64,000 nt of DNA from Octopus sinensis (taxonomy: Eukaryota), in the NCBI RefSeq assembly GCF_006345805.1, contig NC_043000.1:86800001-86864000 (forward strand). Direction: 5' to 3'. The translations under genes were made by a program, and so were the position numbers. The notes beneath the pieces are model-generated. The model was given only the letters and a program-made list of their open reading frames with translations, was not told where the DNA came from and made no database searches. Shown one piece after another: positions 27,166 through 40,802 of the stretch; the stretch's first letter is position 1, and each line of letters begins with the position of its first letter.

Positions 27166-28039
27166 CTGTTAACAGTCAAAGGTTAAGTATATAGCATTGG
27201 AGAAAAGTTGTATTTGTCTTAGAAAAAAAACAAAAAAAAGATATTGTAATATTTTACAGAAGATTTTTCTAACAGCAGATTAAAACAAAGTTTATAACCA
27301 ATATTTTGACAGTAGTGATTTTCTTAAGTATTTGACATAAGATACAAGCATTATCATCAATTCCATCATTTAACTCATTAACATTCAGATTATTTTGTTA
27401 AACATAATGCTTATTTATTCAGATTGCTTTGAGTTAATCATGCATTATCTCATAGCTTTGAGATTTCGAAGATGGGATTGTTTATTTTTGGACTGACATT
27501 GTTGGGTAGATGTGAGAAGCTGGATCTAGTCAGTTTGAACTTAAAACAAGCAGAATATTTTGACTGGATGTGGCTAGTTTAAATGCTAGAGGGTTAATGT
27601 CCGCATAAGTCAAATTAAATTTTGTTGAGGCAGATTTTCTACAACCAGATGCCTTCCTTTCAGCAACCCTTACCTGTTTCCAAGCAATCTAATATTCACA
27701 AGTCCCATTAGTTAATAATAATAATCCTTTCTACTCTAGGTACAAAGCCTGAAAGTTGGTGTGGGGTGGGTAGTTGAAAACATCAACCCTAGTGCTCAAC
27801 TTGTATTTAATTTATCAATCCTGAAAAGATGAAAGGCAAAGTCAACTTTAGCAGAATTTGAACTCAAAACATTAAGATGGACAAAATGCTACCAAGCATT
27901 TTGCCCAGCATGCTAATGATTCTGTTAGCTTACCACCTTAATAATGATCACTCCCATTGATTTTGATGTATGAGTGTTTGAAGGAGAGGATTTACAGCAA
28001 AGAAATTGAGGAAAAGAGAAAATGTGAGACAAAAAAAAG

Positions 28040-28800
28040 CTTTAAAAATAAAAGAAGCAGCATCTGTTTGCAATGGAATGTAGTTTGAGTCCAGGTATGG
28101 ATTTTGCTATGAAATCACACTGGGGACACTGATGATTTTGATTTTGCTTGGGATTGGGCAAATGTGTCTGTTGGTGGCAAGATATAATTTTTTTATCGTT
28201 CTGTTTCTTCAACTCAGATTGTTTTGATGCATCATGGCACATTTTATGCCATGCAAATTGATCTTGGCAATGACTGCCCAAGATGTCAAGTTAAGCAGTA
28301 GAGACTTTAGTAATTACTTCAAATTATCCTTATACCTAAGGATCGGTCTTCCTTTATTGTGGTATTCCTCTACTTGTTGGCCATTCAAAAGAATTTTTGG
28401 AATGTTGTCATCTTTTATTTGAACATGTCCTACCCATCTGCACTGAATTCTCAGCAACATGCTTTTGATACTGGAAATTTCTAGCAGAGCTGGGTTGATG
28501 GTAGGGGTAGTCCACCCCGGGTGGCACATTTAAAGGGGCAGCACTTTTGAGTCCGCTGTAGGCAATATGTATTTTTTGTGGGGTCCAGGGGTGGCAAACA
28601 GAAGGGCTGCCCCAGGCAGAACACACTCTAGCTATGCTAGTGCTGGAGATATTACATTTTTCTAAGATTTTGACATTTGATATCTATTTTGCCATTTTAC
28701 GATGCAGATATTGCACAGACAGCACATGTGAAAGGTTTCGAGTTTCTTTATGTCTATAGTGGGACATCCATGCTTCTGCCCCATACAAAAGTGTGCTCAA
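28040..28800 (-). mobile_element. RTE/BovB-like LINE 3' region, interrupted by a short insertion (~28485-28640)
   Basis: SMLLRIQCRWVGHV...IPKILLNG...GRPILRYKDNLK and a C2H2-like HQCPQCDFIAKSIPGLKLH. Confidence 0.75.
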
Positions 28801-28849
28801 AATACAAGATTTGTCTACACTTACTTTAGTTTTCAGACTGACACTGTAA

Positions 28850-29660
28850 GAATTGAAAAAGCAAGTGCTCCAATCTGGTCACAGTTCTGTTGGAACATGC
28901 TAAGATGGATAGGCATTAGTGCACTACCAAGGCAATGAATGCATTTGCTACTTCCACCCAGCCTTTCAGTAATAGCTTCCTTTCTGCCCATTTCTGAGTG
29001 AGTTTGGTCAATCTGACCATGACCTCTTCCCAGTTTCTATCTACCTGAAGATCTGGTCCTAACCAGACTCTGAGTACTTTCACTGGACCCTCCAACCAGT
29101 GACAGAAATAGCCACTAGTTAACATGGACTTGTCTCTTCAAGAGGCTAGTTGCAAACCCACTGATTTGTTCTGGTTTATGGGTGCTCTGATACATGTCTG
29201 ATATTCTTTCAGTACAGTGTCAATCATTCCTATATCAGTAGACTCTGACACCACGACAGTGATATTGTCCACATATGCAGGTACAAGTTTCTTGTGGCCT
29301 ACTTCCAGCAGAATATACTTCAAATTCTTCAATTTTTGCAGAAAAGATTTTAATGCCAAAACGTATAAAAGTGGGGAGAGGGGATTCAATACTGAAAGGT
29401 TTTGAGAGGTGGCCATTTAATTTGACAACTGAGCAGATGCCACTATACATTGTGGTGATCCATTCTCTGAAGACTGGACTGAACCCAACAGCTTTTAGGA
29501 CAGCCACCGATAGAGATGGGCCATTCTGTCAAATGCTTTGAACAGGTCCAAATTGATCAGTACCCCTCCAATGCCAGATCTATTTCCAACCCGTACTATA
29601 ATGTATTGCATGAGGTGGAGGTTGACATGGATAAACCTACTAGGTATCTCACAGGTTTGT
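28850..29660 (-). mobile_element. L1/Tx1-clade LINE RT fragment
   Basis: PLSPLLYVLAL, AYVDNITVVVS, VLKAVGFSPVFREWITTMYS...LNGHLS, W-x-ERKLLLKG. Confidence 0.8.
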
Positions 29661-29689
29661 GCATCCCCAGTTACACTACTGATAACATC

Positions 29690-30200
29690 AAAACAAAAAG
29701 ATCATATAGGCATATTCTACAAAAGGTCTCAGAAAATGATAGCGCATACTCCAGAATATGCCAATACAGAAAGAGAGAGAGATGAAAGCTAATATACCAG
29801 ATATTATTAACAGGGATCACTAAGAAAAATATGCTTTCTAATCGATGTATCAATCCCAAAAGATGACAATGTATTTCTAAAACAATCAGAGAATCTCTTG
29901 AAATGCAAAGATTTAGAAATAGAGATTAACAGAATATGGAGCCTGAAAACTAAGTCTAAAAACAGAAACAATCCCTATAATAATAGGTACATTAGGTGTG
30001 GCTAGAAAACATACAGATAAATGCATAACCAAAACACCAGGTCTTAAGAAAATATATAACATACAGAAAATAGCACTACTAGGTATTGCACACATCCTAC
30101 GTAAAGCACTTTCAACATAGTGAAAATAACACTACCAAAATAAACCGAAGCACACCTACTTTCACTGCTTGGTAGGATAGTGAAAGCCTGTGATAAAAGT
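29690..30200 (+). mobile_element. R4/Dong-like (restriction-like endonuclease) LINE 3' end
   Basis: KANIPDII...CFLIDVSIPKDDNV...KDLEIEINRIWSLKT...IPIIIGTLG...IQKIALLGIAHILRKAL* is a PD-(D/E)xK RLE C-terminus. Confidence 0.8.
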
Positions 30201-30499
30201 AAGACTACTAAATAATAGACTCCAGTGCTCTACAAGTACAAAATTTATTGACCTCAAGAGGATGAAAGGCAAAATCTATCTCAGCAGAATCTGAACTCAG
30301 AACGAAATGCTGTTAAGCATTTTGTCTGGGGTGCTAATGATCCTGCTAGCTCACTGCTATAATAATAGTAATCCTTTATACTATAGGCACAAGACCTGAA
30401 ATTTCAGATGAGGTGGTCAGCTGTTACTTAATTTATAGATCCTGAAAGGATGAAAGGCAAAGTTGACCCCAGAGGCATTTTAACTCAGAGCGTAGATAA

Positions 30500-30927
30500 G
30501 GTGTCTTGGGGAAATTTTGAACCTGGGTTCTCATTCCTAAGGTATTTTTCAATGTTATTATTATATTATTATTACCATTATTATTATTATAATTATTATT
30601 ATTATTCCTATTGTTCAGGTCACTGCTTGGAATCGAACTCAGAATCTTGGGGTTAAGAGCAAGGGCTATTAACCCCAAGATTCTAAGTTCAATTCCAAGC
30701 AGTGACCTGAACAATAGTAATAATAATAATAATAATAACAACAACATCGAAAAATACCTTAGGAATGAGAACCCAAGTTCAAAATTTCCCCAAGACACCC
30801 GAAGAAGGCTAGAGAGTATATCAGCCGAAACATTGTGTTAACAACAAACAAGATGAGGACAAATATCCGTCGAATGTAAATAATATAAATAATGTACATA
30901 ATTCCTCATCTCTTAAATATAGAACTG
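30500..30927 (+). mobile_element. tRNA-headed hammerhead SINE-like element, copy 2, with ~150-bp 5' inverted duplication
   Basis: 30500-30656 is the reverse complement of 30669-30799. Hammerhead gacac-CCGAAGA-a-ggct...agcc-GAAA-catt-gtgtt at 30794-30839. Same 3' end (tcttaaatatagaactg) as copy 1. Confidence 0.8.
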
Positions 30928-31029
30928 TATGTATGTGACTGTTGTCACATTTTGTATATCAATGTGTATGTGTGTCCATGAGTGTGTGTATGTTTGTGTG
31001 TTTGTTAGGTATATTATTAAATACACACA

Positions 31030-31588
31030 TCTACACTAAAGCTGGGTGCTCCCATTATGTTGCTTAGGAATCTTGACCCATCTCACCTGTGTAATGGAAC
31101 TTGCTTTATTGTTACCTCCATGAAGACCCATATCCTAGAGGCAACAATCATAACAGGTAGTCACAAAGGAGAAAATGTTCTTATTCTAAAAATTCCTCTC
31201 ATACATACAAATGTTCCATTTGGAATTTAAGAGGCTTCAGTCAACAAATCTCAGGGTCAATCCCTCAGGGTAGTTGGACTTGATCTCTCTACTACATACT
31301 TCTCCCATGGCCAACTCTATGCTGCTTGCTCATGAGTTGGAAGTAGCAACAATTTATTTATTTGGACACCAACAAAAAATTACACAATGAATATTGTTTA
31401 CCCTGAGGTGCTTCAAGATTGACAGATCTTCAGTTCTAAATTCTATTAGCATTACAATTTGGATTTTTTAAAAATAAAATATAGATATTTTAAAATAATT
31501 ATGAGAAAAAAATATATCTTCATTTTTATTGTTTGCTAATCTGAATAAGTACAGCAGTAACCTGGGCAATGCTGGGTCATTCAGCTAC
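31030..31588 (+). mobile_element. Helitron 3' remnant (PIF1-like helicase C-terminus + terminal hairpin)
   Basis: LKLGAPIMLLRNLDPSHLCNGT...[15 protein letters not shown]...[12 protein letters not shown]...NIVYPEVL. Subterminal hairpin cctgggcaatgctggg (31561), then CTAC|T (canonical is CTAG|T). Confidence 0.88.
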
Positions 31589-31829
31589 TAATAATAATAA
31601 TCCTTTCTACTATAGGCACAAGGCCTGAAATTTTGGAGAAGGGGACGAGTTGATTACATCAACTCCAGTGTTTCACTGGTACTTAATTTATCGACCCTGA
31701 AAGGATGAAAGGCAAAGTCGACCTTGGCGGAATTTGTGTGAAGACAGACAAAATGTAGCTAAGCATTTTGACTGGCATGCTAACGATTCTGCCAGCTTGC
31801 AGCCTTAATAATAATAACATTTTTTGGTA

Positions 31830-33240
31830 TTATTTGATCCTTGCACCCACACGATTTTCCAAGGATTCCATATCCTGGAAAAATTGGACAATTTTTTTTC
31901 CGTTGAATGAATTCCAGTGACCTCCTGATATGCTACAAAACCCTTTTTTGGCTCTGAAAATTTCACCCCCTTCCACTCGATTGTTCTATTCAATCACACA
32001 ATTTTCACTAAGAAAAACGAAAGAAACACAGATTTTTTGTATGAAATCTAGTACCCTGACTTCCTAATATACTGCAAACCCCTTGTTTTTGTTTGGAAAA
32101 AAGGGGTAGGTGGGAAGCCAGCACCTCCATCCCAGAATCATTGGAAATTCTTTTTTTATTGAATGAATTCTGGTGACCTCCTAATATACTACAAAACCCT
32201 TTTTGGGGTCCAGAAAGTGGGGTGAGGTGAGGTGGAAACCTCGGAAATCTCACCCTCACCCACATTTTCAAATTTTTTTACTATTTTTCTTTTTACCTAT
32301 AATTTTAGATAACATTTTGTAGAAGTACGTTTTTAAGAGTGTGTGGATTACATTAGATTGAACATTCAAAGAAGTTTGAAATAAGTTAGTGAAAATGCAG
32401 AGGTATTTTGTTTTAATATTATACTTTTACTTCGTTTCACACATCCATGCAAAAACGTGTTTTTTTTTAGATGAATTTATCATTCTTTATCTCTCCACAG
32501 ACTTCGTTACCACTAACTTCTATGACCTCTGCATTTTCACTAACTTATTTCAAACTTCTTTGAATTTTCAATCTTATGTAATCCACACACTCTTAAAACC
32601 TTTGAATTTTCAGTCTAATGTAATCCGCACTCTCTTGAAAACGTATTTCTGCAAAATGTTTATCTAAGATTATGGCTAAAGAAATATATAGCAAAAAATA
32701 TTTGAAAATGGGGGTAGGGGTGAAATTTCCGAGGGTTCCACCTCACCCCACCCCGTTTTCCGAACCCCAAAAGGGTTTTGTGAAATATTAGGTCACCAGA
32801 ATTCATTCAATAAAAAAAAAATTTCCAATGATTCTGAGATATGGAGGTGGGGTCCGGTTTTCCCCCACCTTTTTTCCAAACAAAAATAAAGGGTTTGCAG
32901 CCTATTAAGAGGTCAGGGTACTTGATTCCATGCAAAAAATCCGAGTTCGTTTTTTTTTTCTTAGTGAAAATCGTCCGAGTGTAAAGATCAATGGGGGTGG
33001 AGGGTGAAATTTTCGAGGCTTCCACCGCACCCACCCCGTTTTCCGGACCCGAAAAAGGGTTTTGTAGCATATTAGGAGGTCACCAGAATTCATTAAAAAA
33101 AAAAAATTCCAATGAATCCTGGAATTTACGAACAAAAATAAGGGGTTTGCAGCATATTAGGGGGTCAGGGCACTTGATTCCTCGCAAAAAATCCGAGTTT
33201 GTTTTTTTTTTCTTAGTGAAAATCGTGCGGGTGAAAGGAT
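31830..33240. repeat. Large foldback element (imperfect inverted arms with internal tandem subunits)
   Basis: Left arm ...aagaagtttgaaataagttagtgaaaatgcagaggt (to ~32404) mirrors acctctgcattttcactaacttatttcaaacttctt (from ~32525). The same family appears at 21600-21760 and 23295-23480. Confidence 0.85.
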
Positions 33241-34442
33241 AAAAATTTATCTACTTTTTTTCCACTTTGACACAAGGCCTCATGTTTTATTGGGGGTGGA
33301 GGTGGAGGTGGACTAGAGATGACTTTATCGATCCTAGTATTTCACTGGTACTTGTATTTTATCGACCACAGTAGTATGAACTGTAAAGTCGATAATAACG
33401 AGTCTTAACATTAGCACAAGCCCAATATTGATAAAGCAGCCAATACTATGTGTCCTAATTTCACTGTGGTGTATTTATGTAATTAATTCAATACTTATAC
33501 ATCCAGAGATATATCGTAAAAAGTACATTAAAAAATGGTAATTAATTTTTTACTATTAATATAAATTATTAGAACATTTTTATTGTTTGTATCTTAAGAA
33601 ATATAACTCTTCGTCCACCTCATACACTCATGTATATGAGTGTGTGCCTATACATACACATTTTTGTTTAACGCATAAATACACATATAAGTCTTTTAGA
33701 GACATACATACAAGCATATACGTAGACATATATTGACATGTATATCTGTGTGTATGCTGATAAACATGTATGAATGTATCTAAGCAATAAAACGATTATA
33801 TAACACACACACTAAATATGAAATATATACTCAAATATGCATTAAAAACATTTGATAAAAAAAATTACTGCAAGATTCCATGGGTATTTAATTTTTTAAT
33901 TCAACAACTTGACAACTTGCTTTATAAATTAGATTTAAATCGGAGGGGAGAACAACAAAGAATTTCATTGTATTCACTTTTTTCCCCCTTTTCTGTCGAT
34001 TATTTTTTTTTATCGGTCCAACAGTTTATCAACTGCCGTTCAAAAGAAAAAAAAAAAGAAAACAGAATCTGACGTAAATAAATATTGTCAACCAGTGAAT
34101 ATAAGAATCAATAAACGTCAACCAACGAACTTATCAATCCAAAACAGGAAGAAACATACAAATAGGGGAGGAGTAATTTGCATATTTAGGGGACAGTTTA
34201 CACATAGAAGGGGGCAATTTGCATACAAGCGCACACAATTACACACTTGGACTATATGTATATTAATTTCATACATAGGCGAACGAAGGACGCTAAAATA
34301 TAATTGAATCGTCTGTTGGTAAGAACAATAACAGAAACTTTACAAAGCATCTGCCATTCTACAGAACAGCTGCAGCTATTTGCATGCGCGCACACACAGA
34401 AGTCTGTGTGCGTGTGATATTTAAATTCAAATATCTTGCATT

Positions 34443-34664
<222 letters not shown>

Positions 34665-34879
34665 GCCGTTGTGTGTGTGTATAAAATGGGTATTCCCGTA
34701 TTTAAATAAATATGATGCAATGTTCAACACTATAACATCAATCTGCTCTTCCTCCCCAACTACACCATTATCGCCACGATCACCCGAGTTGTTTTTGTTT
34801 TGGTTGCGTTTCTGAAGCACCCCTCTTCCTTCGTTTCTCACATAGGATAATGCCCATATATAGAGCAGAGCTAATTTTA

Positions 34880-35123
34880 ATATTAATAGGTACGGCCGTA
34901 TAAGGAGACGTGTTGTTAGCATTAACCAATGAGAAGGCTCCATTGTAAAGGTAAACAAATAAGTGTTTGTTATTGTTGTTGTTGTGGTGGCCATCATCGT
35001 CTTGGATTGTGTGCCAGTTGTGTGCAGTCTGCCCAGAAAACAAAACAAACGCAAACCCTCTGATCGCTCTTCTTAAATCTAATTTATATAAAATATTCGT
35101 TTGTGATCTCAACTTTCTTTAAG
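34880..35123 (+). promoter_or_regulatory. Candidate promoter and non-coding exon 1 of the TP53INP/DOR gene
   Basis: Unique, CpG-retaining sequence with CCAAT (~34926), a FOXO-type GTAAACAA (34951) and a donor TTAAG|gtaaat at 35123/35124. The first coding exon has an acceptor 4 nt before its ATG, so an upstream 5'UTR exon must exist. Its location here is inference. Confidence 0.45.
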
Positions 35124-36779
35124 GTAAATCAAAATAATTTATTTTCTTTCCAGTCAGTGTTTTTCCAGAAAATATATACGTATATATGTATATATATATT
35201 CTGCGTCGATTGTTGATGCTTTTTTTTGTTTGTATTCCATAATGGTGCCCGTTCGCCAGCTCGGTGCTTCTTTTATGCTAGCCTCCTTATAAATGTAATT
35301 CCAATTAGTGTCTGATTATGTGGGTTTTCTTATAAATTGTATATACGTGAAATACTTAGGAAAATTTTCCCATTTTTGTTTCATTTACATTCAGACAACC
35401 CAAGGTCAGAGAAGTGCGTCCAATTACCTTTTTGTTTTCTTTCTGTGTGTGTGTGTGTTGTATCAAAGTTGACAATCTACTCTGAGTTTCATCCTTAGCT
35501 CAGCTTGAAATTCAGAGAAGACTCAACTTCGATAAAATAAATACATTTTTATCCACTCTACTCAGCGTATAGAGTTCTATACCAAACAACGTTTACACTA
35601 TGTAAAATGCATTATTAATATATTTTACTACTATTATACACACACACATATATGTATGTAAGTATGTATGTATGTTTGTATACACAAAATTAGCATCAGT
35701 TTTGCGTTAATAACTAACTGTTCAAGCAATGCGAATCTCCGAGTACAAACGCTGAGTAATAAGTATCTTCCTTTTTCTTTTGTTTGTAAACTGTATATAC
35801 ATGTATATATAAAGACGGTGAGAAATTTGTGTATATGTATGTATATATGTACACACACACATAAATACGCACGCACACATACACACAATCGCACACACAA
35901 ACGCGCGCGCGCGCAAGCGTATACATTTGACAACCAGAATTAAGAGGTCGGGTGGAAGGTACCAATTTAATTAGCATATAACTATATATTTTTCAAATTG
36001 CTCAGTAATTAGAAGGGTGAGTGTGATGAGATAGAAAAAATAAAATATTCAAAAATTAAATTATTATAAAACAATTTTAAGAGCAGTACGTCTTTTTTTT
36101 TCTTTTTTTCCTTTCTAGAGGTTAATATTGAAGTTGCTAGTTGGTGGTCTATCAGCTGATTTCTCCAGCTGATAGACACCAACTACCTGCTAAGTGTTTC
36201 GTTGTGAGGAAGGTACACAGCAAAAGATAACTTCAACAAATTGGATCATATAAATAACTGAATTATTGAATATTTTTCCCATCCAACAACCATTTCAAAT
36301 TCACAATTACGTTCTAAGATATTTATTTTTTGTAATTATTGATTTTTTTTTTGTTCATAAATGGAATAGAAAGTTGTTTTTTCTTATCGTTAACACTGCT
36401 TGGCTTTGAAGCTTAAATTTTAAATTCTCAGTTTTAAAAATATTTACTTTTAATCAAGTTTATTAACGATAAAAAATGACTCAACTTTGTCGGGTACTCA
36501 GCTGATAAACTCGCAGTTTGTTCGAATTGTCAAAATATAAACAACTGGTGTGAGTCAGTTAGACCAAAGCTGACAAACGCTATTTGACAGATTCTCGGCT
36601 CATTGCTTATTTGACTTTTCAATAACTTCTTAATAATAAAGACGAAAAAAAAAATGGCTTAAATATTTTTGCTTTAAAAAATTTAACCATTCAAACAGCC
36701 TGTCTAAAACATACATATATATACATGTGTTATATATATGTGTGTGTATTTATATATACACTCACACACCCAATTGTAG

Positions 36780-37990
<1,211 letters not shown>

Positions 37991-38299
37991 CAGTAGCTGT
38001 TATAAGATTTATTTAGTGGATGTGGCTGTCTTGGATGGATAATTATTAAAATTTAACTTGTGCTTTCAGACTACATTGCATTGTTATTAGAAATTTAATC
38101 ATATATGTATGATTCTCTCTCCGGACACATATAAAAGTCGGAGAAGTGCGAAGAAAGAAAGAGAAAATCCTAAGTATAATCGTATTCCTCAGTGACAGAT
38201 TCTCTTCAATTTTACGGAATCGTCATCTTTAAATTCGATGGGATTTCCATTTTTGGGAGTCTCTAATACGCTTGGGAGAATGATGAACACAACTTTTTC

Positions 38300-38366
<67 letters not shown>

Positions 38367-39138
38367 GAAAGTGCCTTTCCAAGTGTAACGTTTGTTTACT
38401 ACCCTTTGACGAAACATGCACGCACAAATACACATTATTAGCATTGTTATTTTTTTTTTTTATTCTAAGGACTGCGAAATGACAGAATCCTTAGCGCATC
38501 GGTTAAAACGCTTAGCAGCATTTCTTCTGGTTTCTTACGTTCAGAGTTCAAATACTGCCGAGATCGACTTTGCCTTTTATTCTTTCAGGTCGATAATATT
38601 AAGTACCAGCCAAGTATTGGGTTTAATGGTATCGACTAACCCTCTTTCAGTAAAATTGCTGGGCTTGTGCCTACATCTGAAAACAACTCTTCTATGTATT
38701 GTCCGTTTGTGTGTAACGTAGAGTAGATGAAACCTTTAGCGACTGAAGACGGGGTTTTTTCTTTGTGTTAATTGTCCTGTACTCTATTTTTTTGCTGTTT
38801 TTAAATAAATGTCCAGTTCCTTTGGTTTGTGTCTATGTTTTCGTTTCTCATTGTGTTCGACGTCCTTTTTGGTGTCCTGTACTCATATATGCGTGTATAT
38901 GTACATGTAGAGGTAGGTACGTACATATATGTTTATATATATGCATATGTTTTATTTTCTTTATTAATGTATATATATATATAGGTGGGGTATAAGCCTA
39001 ATATTGTAAAATATAAAAGTATTAATAAACCACAGCATCTTAGTAGTTTTCTGTACTACTTTCGCGTCTATAAGTGCCTAGAATTTTTTAATTGCTTCTT
39101 AAATAAATGTTTCTGTGTGGTACTTCCGCGATAGGCGG

Positions 39139-39350
39139 AAGTAATCCCTCGCCATATCGCGGTTCACCTATTGCGGTTTATTCTTTAAGCTTACGTCAGT
39201 TCATCTATTGTGTTGTTTTGCAGTTATGATAAAATAAATATACACAAATTATAGAAATATACAGTACAGTACTGTTTCTACTTCGCGGATTTTCACCTAT
39301 CACGGGAGCTTTTGGAACATAACACCCGTGACAGTCGAGGGATTATTGTA
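39139..39350. mobile_element. Tigger/pogo-like MITE
   Basis: Inverted ends agtaatccctcgcc... / ...tcgagggattattgta, with internal repeated ttcacctat motifs. Confidence 0.6.
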
Positions 39351-40443
39351 TATGTCCATCTAGAAGTCCCACACTTCATGGGAAAAGAAAAAGGTGGCGG
39401 AAGTGGAGGATAAAAATGTATTGAAAATGCTTAAAATTTTAGGGGGTTAACATTTTTCACAATCGTTATTTCCGTTTTATGAAACACGGGAAAAGTATAT
39501 AAAAATGTTAAAATGCGGTAAAAATATACGCAAAAAAAACAATCCTTTTCTTTTCTCGTGTGATATGGGATTTTGAGGAATAGTGTTCCAAACACTGACG
39601 CACATACTGGCATATATTTCTGTTTTCTTTGGAGTAGACGTTGGACCACCCTAGAATTCTAGGAAAACGCTATATCGGATACAGTAAGAACAACCATGAT
39701 AAAGTACATTAGTAATAAAGCTTTTACTGAGAATCGAAACCCAGTAGTATATAATGACAATGATCTAATTGTAGGTATATATTTTGTGTGTGTATACAAG
39801 TATCTATCCATCTATCTATCTATATATATTATGTATGTGTGTCTGCGTATACAGACGCATATTATACATATATACATGTGTGTGTGTGTGCCTGCTGATG
39901 TAATCCACCTGTCAGTGATAGATCTTGTTACCGAATTATTAGCTTTTCTAAAAAATCTAAAATAAAGCCTGGCCAACATCCTAACCAACCTCTGTCGGAG
40001 TTATCTCTTTTCCTTCTTTATTATCATTATTGTTATTTTATTTCATTTCATTCTATTTATTTGTCAATCATAAGTCTAGTAGTATGTGTTTCATAACTGC
40101 TAATTTGGTCGATAGCCTTGATACAAAGAAGATAGCTGAACGTTATGTTATTTTCAAAATAATTAGTGTTTTGCAAGGGGGAAGTGATCTTACTGCTGGG
40201 ATATTATGGTAAGAGTTTAATATTGCATAAATGTAGAGGTCACAAGCTGGAAAGTGCAGATTCACTTACATTTTCTCTCTCTCTCTCTCTCACTATATAT
40301 ATATATATATTGATAGAAATGGCAAGACAACAAAAGAATGAAAGAGACCGATATTATGTAAATAGAGGAATTTATCTGTAAAAATAATATGTGACAATTG
40401 GCTACCGAATAATTGTCACATATTATTTTTACAGATGCATACA

Positions 40444-40479
<36 letters not shown>

Positions 40480-40645
40480 TGTATGTGTGTGTGTATTATT
40501 GTTTGTTTTTATGTCGAGCTATGTATAATAAAAACGGTATTACATTATACTGAAGGATCACTCAATAATTTTTGTAGAGGACATTTATTATTCTTTAACA
40601 AGAAAGGAGATGACAGTAACTTCGAAGTTTCTGCTTGCTTAACTT

Positions 40646-40802
<157 letters not shown>

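Noticed and set aside
33730-33775. p53 response element near the candidate TP53INP promoter
   Set aside because: Only isolated, mismatched CATG half-sites in a (TA/TG)-rich context.
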